NCBI GenBank assembly: GCA_051531975.1
Contig: JAOPTT010000007.1
Location: 152,985-216,984, forward strand
Source of the DNA: Spirochaetaceae bacterium
GTDB taxonomy: Bacteria > Spirochaetota > Spirochaetia > DSM-2461
Reading direction: 5' to 3'
DNA: 64,000 nt
Shown: piece by piece, positions 50,545 through 59,798 of the stretch
Layout of the letters: the number at the start of each line of letters is the position of its first letter
Numbering within the stretch: the first letter of the stretch is position 1
Translations under genes and position numbers: made by a program
The notes under the pieces: generated by a model
Database searches by the model: none
Seen by the model: the letters and a program-made list of their open reading frames with translations, nothing else
Told to the model about the DNA's origin: nothing

Positions 50545-50643
50545 AAGTTCAGATTCATATTTATTAACTATTTATTCAATACTACTTTAGTAGAATTAAA
50601 TATTTTTCTTGTCCAATACTTATCAATCATCTAGAATGACTTA

Positions 50644-52359
50644 ATGCTATTTAAAAAAATGTTAATAATGTTAATAACTTTAGCCTCCCTAAATTCTTGT
50701 AATAAAATTGATAACAGGATAATTCCTACAGCAGATAATGGTGTTATAGACTTAACTGGTATTGAAATTAGTGGTACTAATAATATTAAGCTGGATGGTG
50801 AGTGGGAGTTTTATTGGAAAGAATTTTTATTTTCAAATGTTAAAGGTGATAGGTTAATTATTCCTGACTATATAAAAACACCAGGTAGTTGGGCTGATAA
50901 TACTCTATATGAAGCCCATGGGTTTGCTACTCTAAGGTTATTAGTTCATGGTCTAACTCCCGATTCTATGTACTCTTTATATATTCCAGATATATCCTCA
51001 AGTTATAAGCTATGGGCCGATGGAAAACTAATCTCTTGGAATGGGGTAATAGGTAAAAATAGAGAACAAAGTCGCCCTGAATTTCTCCCTAAGACTGTTA
51101 GTTTCCATACAGTCGATTCATCAGTAGAAATCATTATACATGTGAGTAATTATCATTACAGGAAGGCTGGGACTTGGAGAAGTATAATAATAGGATCTGT
51201 TGAATCTTTAACATCTCAAAGTATTAAAAAAGTAATAATGGATATCTTTATGGCAGGGCTATTATATGCTATATCGGTTGTTCATATAAGGGTGTATCTT
51301 TATAGGAAAGAGGAAAAAATTGAACTGTATTTTGGTCTAATATGTATATCTTTATTAATCAGGATAATAACTACAGGGGAACAACTTTTAACTTACTTAA
51401 TTCCAAGTATCCCTTGGGAAGTTGTTAGACGGTTAGAATTAATACCATTCTATTTTACAGCACCAATGATTCTTATATTTCTCACAATACTTTTCCCAAA
51501 AGAATCAAACAAGTACTTGCATAGAGCATATATATTTTTAAGTATGATATTGGGAGTAATCTTTATATTTTTACCAATAAGAATTAGTAATCATTTTATT
51601 CCCTATGCCCAAGCCATAGTCATTCTTGGAATAGTCTATCTATTTATTATTCTATTTAAAGCAATTAAAAGTGGTCGATCAAATGCAATTACAATAACCC
51701 TTGCGTATGCTGTTTTCTCTTTAGCTACAATCAGTGATATTTTATTTGCTAACGATATTATTCAATTTATGTACATCTCTCCTTATGGGTTTATTATTTT
51801 AATTTTTACTCAGTCAGATATGTTAACTGAAAGGTTTACAAGATCCTTTTCACAGAGAGATATACTTGTCAAAAGTCGAGATAAGTTCAGGTATGCAAGT
51901 ATTACAGATGGATTAACAGGACTTTATAATGCTAGGTATCTACATAAAATATTAGAGGAAGAGATAACAAAAAACAGTACAGAGAGTGTTGATTTAGCAG
52001 TTATTATGTTAGATGTTGATAATTTTAAAAACTACAACGATACTTATGGGCATAAACAGGGAGATCTTGTACTAAAAAGCTTAGCCGATGTTATTAAACG
52101 TTCTGCAAGAGAAATAGATATCTCTTGTCGGTATGGAGGAGAAGAGTTTACAGTTATTCTTCCTAGGACAACACTTTCCGCTGCAGAAGATGTTGCTGAA
52201 AGAATTAGGACTAATTTTGAGAAACTAAAGTTTACAACAGTCTCTATAGGTGTATCTGAGTTTATTCATGGGGAGAATGTTGATCAGATTATAGAGAGAG
52301 CTGATATGGCCCTGTACAAAGCTAAAAAAGGTGGAAAAAACAGGGTCGAATTAGCCTAA
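50644..52359 (+). CDS. 7TM-DISM-type membrane diguanylate cyclase
   Basis: Extracytoplasmic 'LDGEWEFYW...GFATLRL' beta-sandwich, 7 TM, RxxD + 'GGEEF'; possible lipobox 'SLNSC'. Confidence 0.9.
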   Translation: MLFKKMLIMLITLASLNSCNKIDNRIIPTADNGVIDLTGIEISGTNNIKLDGEWEFYWKEFLFSNVKGDRLIIPDYIKTPGSWADNTLYEAHGFATLRLLVHGLTPDSMYSLYIPDISSSYKLWADGKLISWNGVIGKNREQSRPEFLPKTVSFHTVDSSVEIIIHVSNYHYRKAGTWRSIIIGSVESLTSQSIKKVIMDIFMAGLLYAISVVHIRVYLYRKEEKIELYFGLICISLLIRIITTGEQLLTYLIPSIPWEVVRRLELIPFYFTAPMILIFLTILFPKESNKYLHRAYIFLSMILGVIFIFLPIRISNHFIPYAQAIVILGIVYLFIILFKAIKSGRSNAITITLAYAVFSLATISDILFANDIIQFMYISPYGFIILIFTQSDMLTERFTRSFSQRDILVKSRDKFRYASITDGLTGLYNARYLHKILEEEITKNSTESVDLAVIMLDVDNFKNYNDTYGHKQGDLVLKSLADVIKRSAREIDISCRYGGEEFTVILPRTTLSAAEDVAERIRTNFEKLKFTTVSIGVSEFIHGENVDQIIERADMALYKAKKGGKNRVELA

Positions 52360-52797
52360 AGTCTTAATTACAAAAAAAACAACTAGAGCTATAATAAAAA
52401 CAACTAGAAATACACTTATCATGTTTCTTAAAGTTTTAGAGTACCCTTTAGGTGTTATTTGTCCTTCATTATCCAACTTTCTCATAATAGGGTATAAGCG
52501 CCAATAAAAAGTTGAAATAGTAATAATTAGTGCAATAACACTATGCATTCGCATCGTATCGTTCCCAGAAATTAATACAAATATAAGCAATACTATAAAT
52601 ATTAACTTTGTCCCAGCTACCCAATTTATAAGGTACTTAACAAGAGCATGAACCTCTGGGTTCTCTTTAGATTTTTCATATGCATTAAATACACCTAGAC
52701 CATTACCTTTTGATGTTCCAGGTGTAAAATAAAGCATAAAAACGTTTAGTGTCTCTAAAACTAGAAACATAATGATTACAATTGATAATATATCCAT
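52351..52797 (-). CDS. Hypothetical 4-TM membrane protein
   Basis: 148-aa ORF with four hydrophobic segments; 3' end overlaps the convergent GGDEF gene. Confidence 0.7.
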   Translation of the reverse strand: MDILSIVIIMFLVLETLNVFMLYFTPGTSKGNGLGVFNAYEKSKENPEVHALVKYLINWVAGTKLIFIVLLIFVLISGNDTMRMHSVIALIITISTFYWRLYPIMRKLDNEGQITPKGYSKTLRNMISVFLVVFIIALVVFFVIKTLG

Positions 52798-52821
52798 AAA
52801 ATGATCATATCATGAAATTAA

Positions 52822-54231
52822 CTATTTCTCTAAATTATTTGCCGTTGCTGGGTCATAGTGTTTATCTACATCTTTTGGGGCATCTTCTAAATAAACTAAC
52901 GGTTTAGCCGAAAGTTCAGATTTAAGACAGTTAACCCAAGGTTTATGAGCTTCTAATAACTCTATTGTCATAGATCTAATCTCATCTAGAGTACAACTTA
53001 AGGCTGTTAATGGATCAAGTGCCATAGCCTGAAAAACATATTCTGGATCCCCTGTTTGTACAGCTCTAACAGCTAGTTCTTGAACATTAAGTTGACACTT
53101 ATTTAGTCCTGCTAAAAATGGTGGTAGAGGTGCTACCTTTACCGGGTGAATCCCATTTCCATCTATTAAACATGGTACTTCAACTAATGCTTCCTCTGGT
53201 AAGTTCGTTATGTAACCTCTGTTTTGAACATTACCATATATAACTGCAGGAACTCCTGTTTCTAACGCATTAATAATAATGGAACCATATTCATGACTTC
53301 GTTTAAGGTCTATAGGGTCTTCCCAACTAGCCATTTTCTCCATCTGTTCTCTCCAATCTGGTCGCTCATATAGTTCTTTTATAAATCCAGAACCACCATT
53401 CCACTCAGAGAATTCTGTAGGGCAATATTTAGCTATAGTCTCTTTGTTCTTTCTAAACCACCAGTTATATTCTGATACATGACCACTAGATTCTGTTACC
53501 GGGTATCCAAAATGTTTAACATACTCCATTCTAGTTGAATCTCCATACCAAATCTTAGGATCTACAGCTAGCTGCCTAATAGTTGGTAACATATCTTTTC
53601 CTTTGTGTTCAAACTTAGTAAACCAGGCTTGGTGATTTATTCCTGAACATAAAAAATCTACTTCATCTAATGGTATCTGTAATCTATTTGCCCACTCTTC
53701 AGCAGTTCCTTGTACTGAGTGGCAAAGTCCAACGTAGGATAGTTCTGGATATTGGTCTTGAATCCCCCAGGATAACATTCCCATTGGATTTGTATAGTTT
53801 AGAACATGGGCTTTTGGACAGATATTTGTAATGTCTTTCATAACATCTATTAACACAGGTAACGTTCGTAAACATCGCATTATTCCACCAGGTGTTAAAG
53901 TATCACCTATACACTGATCAATCCCATATTTTGTCGGTATATCAATCTCTTTTTGAATAGCCTCGAATCCACCAACTAATATACTGATTATTACATAATC
54001 TGCACCTTTTAAAGCTTCTGCTCTATTATTTGTGGCACTTACAGATGCTTTTGGGTAGTTACCCTCTTTAAAAATCCTCTGAACAATTTGTTCTGCATAA
54101 TTTAACCGTTCTTCATCGATATCTACTAATGTAAAGTGACTATCTTCTAGTGCAGCATAAGTTAATATATCTGCTGTTAGCCGGCTTGAAAATACTAAAC
54201 TTCCAGCCCCAATAATTACTATGTTTGCCAT
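52822..54231 (-). CDS. GH4 NAD-dependent alpha-galactosidase/alpha-glucosidase (MelA-like)
   Basis: 'IIGAGSLVF', 'GDTLTPGG', 'LNYTNPM', 'GLCHSVQ', 'GINHQAW'. Confidence 0.92.
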   Translation of the reverse strand: MANIVIIGAGSLVFSSRLTADILTYAALEDSHFTLVDIDEERLNYAEQIVQRIFKEGNYPKASVSATNNRAEALKGADYVIISILVGGFEAIQKEIDIPTKYGIDQCIGDTLTPGGIMRCLRTLPVLIDVMKDITNICPKAHVLNYTNPMGMLSWGIQDQYPELSYVGLCHSVQGTAEEWANRLQIPLDEVDFLCSGINHQAWFTKFEHKGKDMLPTIRQLAVDPKIWYGDSTRMEYVKHFGYPVTESSGHVSEYNWWFRKNKETIAKYCPTEFSEWNGGSGFIKELYERPDWREQMEKMASWEDPIDLKRSHEYGSIIINALETGVPAVIYGNVQNRGYITNLPEEALVEVPCLIDGNGIHPVKVAPLPPFLAGLNKCQLNVQELAVRAVQTGDPEYVFQAMALDPLTALSCTLDEIRSMTIELLEAHKPWVNCLKSELSAKPLVYLEDAPKDVDKHYDPATANNLEK

Positions 54232-54312
54232 AATTTACCTCTTTATATCTATTCTATAAGTTATATTATCCCCATAATTCTATTGTTAAAATTATCATAA
54301 TGTTGTTTTACG

Positions 54313-54350
54313 GTGTATTTTTAGTGCTTTTTAGTGTTATTATAGTGCTT
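54313..54350 (-). promoter_or_regulatory. 21-bp-period direct repeat between the GH4 and AraC genes
   Basis: TAGTGCTT at 54322 and 54343, each preceded by GTGT; overlaps the araC -10 region. Confidence 0.55.
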
Positions 54351-55136
54351 ATGATATTTTCTACTGAATTATTGAACTGTGGTGAAGAAAAATGTGTCTC
54401 CGGGCATGAGTTTGGAGGTAAACGGGAATACTTCCTTCTTCATATTATATTAGAAGGTAAGGGTGAGTACTTTTCTGAAGGTCGAAGTTGGTCTCTTGAT
54501 AAGGGTGATGCCTTTTTAATCTTTCCCCAGCAGATGCACTTATATAGAGCTGACTTTAAAGAACCTTGGAAATATTTTTGGTTTGGATTTAATGGAGAGT
54601 TTAATAAACTATTTAACCCACTACAGATTGATCAAAAACACCCTGTTATCCGGGCTAATAATACTTTAAACCTATATGATCAGTTTAAAGGAATAGACAT
54701 GACCAGGATTTTTCAACACCCGGCTGATATTTTAAAAAATCTAGGGATTCTAAATATGATTCTAGGTGAATTATGTAGAGGTAAAGTTTCAAAAAACTAT
54801 CATTCTACTAAAACAGAACCTGGTATTTCCCATCATGTTGATTCCATGAGAGGCTTTATTGATAAAAATTTTGATACACCAATAAAGGTTCAGGATGTAA
54901 TTGATTTTGTCTATTTAGAACGTTCTTATGCATCAAGGATATTTAAGGATGAGCTAGGATTCTCTTTAGGCTCTTATATTAGAGAACATAGAATGAATAG
55001 AGCTATAGAGTATATAAAAGAGGGTTGGTCTGGTAAACAAACAGCATATAGTTGTGGATATAATGATTACCATAACTTTCTGAAAGCATTTAAAAAATAT
55101 ACAGGGAAAACACCAAAGACATACAGGATGAACTAA
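54351..55136 (+). CDS. AraC-family regulator (MsmR-like) divergent from GH4
   Basis: 'CGEEKC', 'FLLHIILEGKG', 'PWKYFWFGF', C-terminal HTH. Start moved to ATG 54351. Confidence 0.92.
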   Translation: MIFSTELLNCGEEKCVSGHEFGGKREYFLLHIILEGKGEYFSEGRSWSLDKGDAFLIFPQQMHLYRADFKEPWKYFWFGFNGEFNKLFNPLQIDQKHPVIRANNTLNLYDQFKGIDMTRIFQHPADILKNLGILNMILGELCRGKVSKNYHSTKTEPGISHHVDSMRGFIDKNFDTPIKVQDVIDFVYLERSYASRIFKDELGFSLGSYIREHRMNRAIEYIKEGWSGKQTAYSCGYNDYHNFLKAFKKYTGKTPKTYRMN

Positions 55137-55573
55137 TGGATGAAATAAAAGTTGTTAAATATAAAAGTAAGGAATACTTAGAAGCAATTAGAGTTCGGTA
55201 TTTAGAACTAAGAAAGCCTATAGGTATGAAATACACTAAAAAAATATTGTCAGGGGATAAGGATGATACACACATTGTATTTATTTTAGAAGAGAGAGTG
55301 GTAGCGACTTTAATTTTAACTCATTTAAATAAAAATGAAGTTCAACTAAGGCAATTTGCTGTTTTAAAAGAGTATCAATTCAGAGGTATTGGTGCCAAAT
55401 TATACGATTTTACAGAATCTTATATTAAACAAAATTCATATAATAAACTTGTATTAAATGCCAGATCAAATGTGACTGATTTTTATCAAAAAAAAGGTCT
55501 TATTATCGATGGTGATGAGTATATGAGTACTAGAACTTTTATTCCCCATTATAAAATGTTTAAAAAACTTTAG
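55136..55573 (+). CDS. GNAT acetyltransferase
   Basis: 'QLRQFAVLKEYQFRGIG', 'LNAR...FYQKKG'. Confidence 0.9.
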   Translation: MDEIKVVKYKSKEYLEAIRVRYLELRKPIGMKYTKKILSGDKDDTHIVFILEERVVATLILTHLNKNEVQLRQFAVLKEYQFRGIGAKLYDFTESYIKQNSYNKLVLNARSNVTDFYQKKGLIIDGDEYMSTRTFIPHYKMFKKL

Positions 55574-55722
55574 AATATGCAACACACTTTTTCGTAAAAA
55601 TAGTTGGCTTTTATTTTTATTACAAACTATTCTTTATAATAAGGCTTAATAAACCATATATATCCGTGAATAATTTGGTATTTGATTAAGTAATAAATAT
55701 ATGAATAAAAATGGAGATTTAA

Positions 55723-57999
55723 ATGAAAGAAAAAGGGCTTGGTTTATTAAATTCTTTAGGTAGTAAAATATCAATAATTTATACTGGTATTGCGATTATC
55801 TTTTTTACAGCAATTATTGGTTTTTTTCTAATGACTGCAAGACAAGGCTTATTAGATGATGCAAAAGAAAACATTAAGACTAACGTATCCCATCTTACTG
55901 CAATAATTGAAAGTGCTAACCTTGAAACTATTACTGTAGCCAAAACAATGGCTATAACACAGCAGAATGGGCTATTTGGTAATCGAACAAATTCAAACGC
56001 TTTTGCAAAAGAGATCTTAAGAACCAATAAAAGATTCACAGGTGCCTATATAGGATATGAGAAAAATGCAGATCAAGATGATCTTGAGTATTTAAATGAT
56101 CATGCATCAGAATCAGCATCGATGGATGCTAATGGACGTTATCTGCCTTATTTTCATATTTCTGAGAATAAAATAGATCTTATTCCATTAGAAGCAATGG
56201 AAGGACTTTATTATCAAGGAGTTAAAGACAAATACAATTCTAATTCAATAGAAAAATACATGATTACAGAGCCGTATATATATGATGGTAAAATGATTGT
56301 AGAGCAGACCTATCCAATCATAATAAATAATAAGTTTGTTGGTATGGCAGGTGTAGATAGAGCTTTAAATGATTTACAGGACTTTTTATCAACCTTTAAA
56401 CCTTATGAATCTACGCAAATTATATTAATAAGCCGTTTAGGTCACATTATTTCATCAAATATGGATCTATTATCTTCTGATAATTATCAGAAAGCATTTA
56501 AAGAAGCAAAAAGTAAGGATAGTAGCTTAGATGAAACTCTATTTACCCCACAGATGTTAACTTCAAAATATGAGGATACGGATTATAAAGAATTATTAGG
56601 TACTATGTACAATATGGATTCTGACTATCTTCAAATATTAGAAGCTGATCCTTTAAGTGGTGAAATATACTTTATTGCAGGTCATAAAATATTAACAGGT
56701 GAATGGACTGTTGTCATGAGAGTTGCAGAGGATGAAATCTTTAGCCCTATTACTGCAATGGTTACAACTGCAATATTAGCCTCTATACTTCTTCTTGTGT
56801 TATTAATAGTTGCTGGTTTATGGTTGAATAAAACCATATCTAATCCACTACGTTCTTTAACAGATGTTACAGAGAAGTTAGCTACAGGAGAGGGGGATTT
56901 GACTCAAAAAATAGCTCTTGTTCGTACTGACGAGATTGGTCATTTAAGTAGAGGGTTTGATACCTTTGTTGATAAACTTAAAAATATTATTATTCAGGTA
57001 AAAAAATCATCTGAGAATATTGATTTTACAATGGTTTCCATGGGCGCTAATACAGAAGAAACTGCCTCTGCTGTTGTAGAAATTAATCGGAATGTTGAAA
57101 CTATAAAAACTCAGATGGGGACACTTGACGATAACATTCAGAAATCAACTTCGGCAGTAAATGGAATTACCGATGGTATTAACAAACTAAATACTTTTGT
57201 TGATGAAGAAGCTCACGCTGTAGATGATTCTTCAGCTAGTGTAAATCAGATGGTTGCATCATTAAAAAATGTTGCACAAATAACAAAATCTAAAATGGTA
57301 GCTACAGAGAAACTAGTTGGTATGGCTAGAAATGGTAGCGAAAAGATGGAACTAACAAAATCTGCTGTTATGGAAATCAATAGTAGTATTGGCAGTATTT
57401 CGGAACTTGTTGTTTTAATTAATAATATTGCTTCTCAGACAAATTTGTTAGCTATGAATGCAGCTATTGAGGCTGCTCATGCTGGGGATGCAGGAAAAGG
57501 TTTCTCTGTAGTCGCAGACGAGATACGTAAACTTGCTGAAACATCCAGCGAAAATTCACAAAAGATAGATCATGTCTTGAAGGGTATTGTAGCTAAGATT
57601 CTAATGGCAACTGATACTAGCCAAGAGACCAGTATAGCTTTTAATGAGATAAATGATGAGGTTTTAGAAGTCTCCAAAGCTCTAAATGAAATCTCAGCCT
57701 CTACTAGTGAACTATCAGAGGGAGGGCAGCATATAATAGAAGCCATGAGTCTACTTAACAATATTTCTGTAAGGGTAAAAGAAAGTTCTGAGAGTATGGC
57801 TGCAGATTCTGGTACAGTTTTAGAAACTGTAGAGGTTGTAAGAAGGATCTCTTCTGAAATCTTTAGCGGGATGTCAGAGATTGCTAGTGGAACAACTGAA
57901 GTCCAAAAGTCAATGCAGGATATTTCCCATATATCCCATGAACTTGATAAGTCATCTAGTGTTCTAAAAGAGGAAGTTAGCAAATTTCGTACTGAATAG
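55723..57999 (+). CDS. Methyl-accepting chemotaxis protein (dCache-HAMP)
   Basis: 'ITEPYIY', 'GMAGVD', HAMP 'DEIGHL', '[23 protein letters not shown]'. Confidence 0.95.
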   Translation: MKEKGLGLLNSLGSKISIIYTGIAIIFFTAIIGFFLMTARQGLLDDAKENIKTNVSHLTAIIESANLETITVAKTMAITQQNGLFGNRTNSNAFAKEILRTNKRFTGAYIGYEKNADQDDLEYLNDHASESASMDANGRYLPYFHISENKIDLIPLEAMEGLYYQGVKDKYNSNSIEKYMITEPYIYDGKMIVEQTYPIIINNKFVGMAGVDRALNDLQDFLSTFKPYESTQIILISRLGHIISSNMDLLSSDNYQKAFKEAKSKDSSLDETLFTPQMLTSKYEDTDYKELLGTMYNMDSDYLQILEADPLSGEIYFIAGHKILTGEWTVVMRVAEDEIFSPITAMVTTAILASILLLVLLIVAGLWLNKTISNPLRSLTDVTEKLATGEGDLTQKIALVRTDEIGHLSRGFDTFVDKLKNIIIQVKKSSENIDFTMVSMGANTEETASAVVEINRNVETIKTQMGTLDDNIQKSTSAVNGITDGINKLNTFVDEEAHAVDDSSASVNQMVASLKNVAQITKSKMVATEKLVGMARNGSEKMELTKSAVMEINSSIGSISELVVLINNIASQTNLLAMNAAIEAAHAGDAGKGFSVVADEIRKLAETSSENSQKIDHVLKGIVAKILMATDTSQETSIAFNEINDEVLEVSKALNEISASTSELSEGGQHIIEAMSLLNNISVRVKESSESMAADSGTVLETVEVVRRISSEIFSGMSEIASGTTEVQKSMQDISHISHELDKSSSVLKEEVSKFRTE

Positions 58000-58022
58000 G
58001 AAAATATAGGAAGACACTATTA

Positions 58023-58051
58023 ATAAGTAGCTCATTCTAGGAGCTACTTAT
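58023..58051. terminator. Bidirectional terminator hairpin
   Basis: ATAAGTAGCTC-attctag-GAGCTACTTAT between convergent genes. Confidence 0.75.
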
Positions 58052-58060
58052 ATTTTAAAG

Positions 58061-58966
58061 CTAACGTTTTATAACTGGTATGACGATATCCATACAAGAT
58101 TTTCCACCATTATCCCATGAGTGTACACGTTCATCTTCATACTCGTAATCGTAACGGGTTTCATCAATTTCATAATCTGATTTTGGAAACCATTCATCTA
58201 GAATATATCTCCATGTTATACGTGTTGTCTCTATGCTATTTTCCTCTTTAGTCCATGGAGTTGTAAACAGTACATAGTCACCATCAGGAATAGTAACAAC
58301 CTTTAATTTCTCTGTTAATTTTGTATCATCATCAACTCTAATTCCAACAAAATATGAGTAAGACTCACTCTTATTATCAGATTTAATAGCTAAACAAAAT
58401 TCTCCATGAATTTTTGGGGTTAATGTTTTATAAGCATAATTTAGATTTGACTCTATATCCTCCATAGAAGCACACTTTTCATAAAATACTGGAACATCCC
58501 GTGTAAATGATTTTCCAATATCCTCTTTCAATATATTTCCAGCAATAACTATATTTTCTCTATAAACTATTTTAGGTTCCATAACTACTGCTTTGTAGTT
58601 TTCATAAAAATAAGATACATCCAGTCTTTTGGGGACTTTTACTAATGAACGTTTTCTATAAAAACTTGGGGAATATCCAAATACACGTTTAAAAGCTCTT
58701 GAAAATCCTGCATGGGATTCAAAACCATAATGAAATGCAATATCTGTAATTTTTTTACCCATAGATATGTCGTATAAAGCGAACTGAAATCGCCTAATTG
58801 TTATATACCGACTAACAGATAGACCCATAATCTCTGAAAACACTCTCTGAAAATGAAACTTAGAAATATTAGATTCACTTGCTACTTTATCTACATTAAG
58901 ATCCTCTGTTAAATTTAAGTCTATGTAATCAATAACCCTCTGTATTGCTTCTATGTGTAAAATCAA
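58061..58966 (-). CDS. AraC/Rob-type regulator with C-terminal GyrI-like domain
   Basis: N-terminal 'SKFHFQRVF...GFESHAGFSRAFK'; C-terminal 'IPDGDYVLF', 'WFPKSDYE', 'DIVIPV'. Confidence 0.92.
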   Translation of the reverse strand: MILHIEAIQRVIDYIDLNLTEDLNVDKVASESNISKFHFQRVFSEIMGLSVSRYITIRRFQFALYDISMGKKITDIAFHYGFESHAGFSRAFKRVFGYSPSFYRKRSLVKVPKRLDVSYFYENYKAVVMEPKIVYRENIVIAGNILKEDIGKSFTRDVPVFYEKCASMEDIESNLNYAYKTLTPKIHGEFCLAIKSDNKSESYSYFVGIRVDDDTKLTEKLKVVTIPDGDYVLFTTPWTKEENSIETTRITWRYILDEWFPKSDYEIDETRYDYEYEDERVHSWDNGGKSCMDIVIPVIKR

Positions 58967-59143
58967 ATAACACTCCTTTGTTATACAACTTTTAAATGTA
59001 TACCTAGAGAACAGATAAAGCTTTGCTGAAAATGCTTTAATACTGGTAATTAGAAATTTAGTATATCAGATAAATAAAAGTATTAGACTTATGGTTGGCA
59101 TAAATGTTAAATTATATTTCCTTTTAATATCATCTATTCCTCA

Positions 59144-59206
59144 TTGACAAATAGATAATAGTGGCTTAATTTTAACTTATGTTAAAACTTTTAACGGAGG
59201 TTAAAA
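59144..59206 (+). promoter_or_regulatory. Promoter plus two tandem TTTTAAC-N4-GTTAAAA palindromes (putative TetR operators)
   Basis: TTGACA(59144)-17-TAATTT(59167); palindromes at 59170-59187 and 59189-59206; the second has the SD GGAG as its spacer. Confidence 0.75.
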
Positions 59207-59207
59207 A

Positions 59208-59798
59208 TTGGCTGCAAAACGTTACGATGGTAAACAAAAACAGATAGAAAATGCTGCATTAGAAGTTTATATGGAGTTAGGGCTAGAAAATTTAACTTTA
59301 GAATCTGTTGCAGAAAAACTCGGATATACTAAACAAGCAATCTACTATTACTTTCGTAATAAAGAAAAACTTATAAGCTCGTTTTGTTTCAACATACTTA
59401 AAAATGCTCGGGATGAGTTTGTTGAAATATATTCCCAGGATTTAAACCCTGTGGAGAAAATGGAAGCAATCATTTTCTATTATGTTAATGGAACCTGTCT
59501 TAAAAAGGGCTTTTTTGCTCTGCAACATGATTTTAAAAGAATAATACCTCTTATGGATAATTTAAAAGAAATTATAAAAATGAAATCTCAGATATCTAAA
59601 GGATTTGAAGATGTTATCACAGAAGGAATCGAAAAAGGTCTATTTAGAGAAGAGGATACTGAGGCACTTGCTGGAACAGTATTTATGTTGTTAGGTGGAG
59701 CTATATCAATGACTGAGATTCCTGGTCTAAAGGACTTACCAACCAACAGAAAAGTGGAATTAATAACAGATATAATAATTAAAGGAATACAAGCATGA
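59208..59798 (+). CDS. TetR-family regulator
   Basis: 'LTLESVAEKLGYTKQAIYYYFRNKEKL'; TTG start. Confidence 0.93.
   Translation: MAAKRYDGKQKQIENAALEVYMELGLENLTLESVAEKLGYTKQAIYYYFRNKEKLISSFCFNILKNARDEFVEIYSQDLNPVEKMEAIIFYYVNGTCLKKGFFALQHDFKRIIPLMDNLKEIIKMKSQISKGFEDVITEGIEKGLFREEDTEALAGTVFMLLGGAISMTEIPGLKDLPTNRKVELITDIIIKGIQA

Noticed and set aside
59096..59112. TTGGCA as a possible sigma54 -24 element
   Set aside because: No TTGC at -12; a good sigma70-type promoter lies at 59144.
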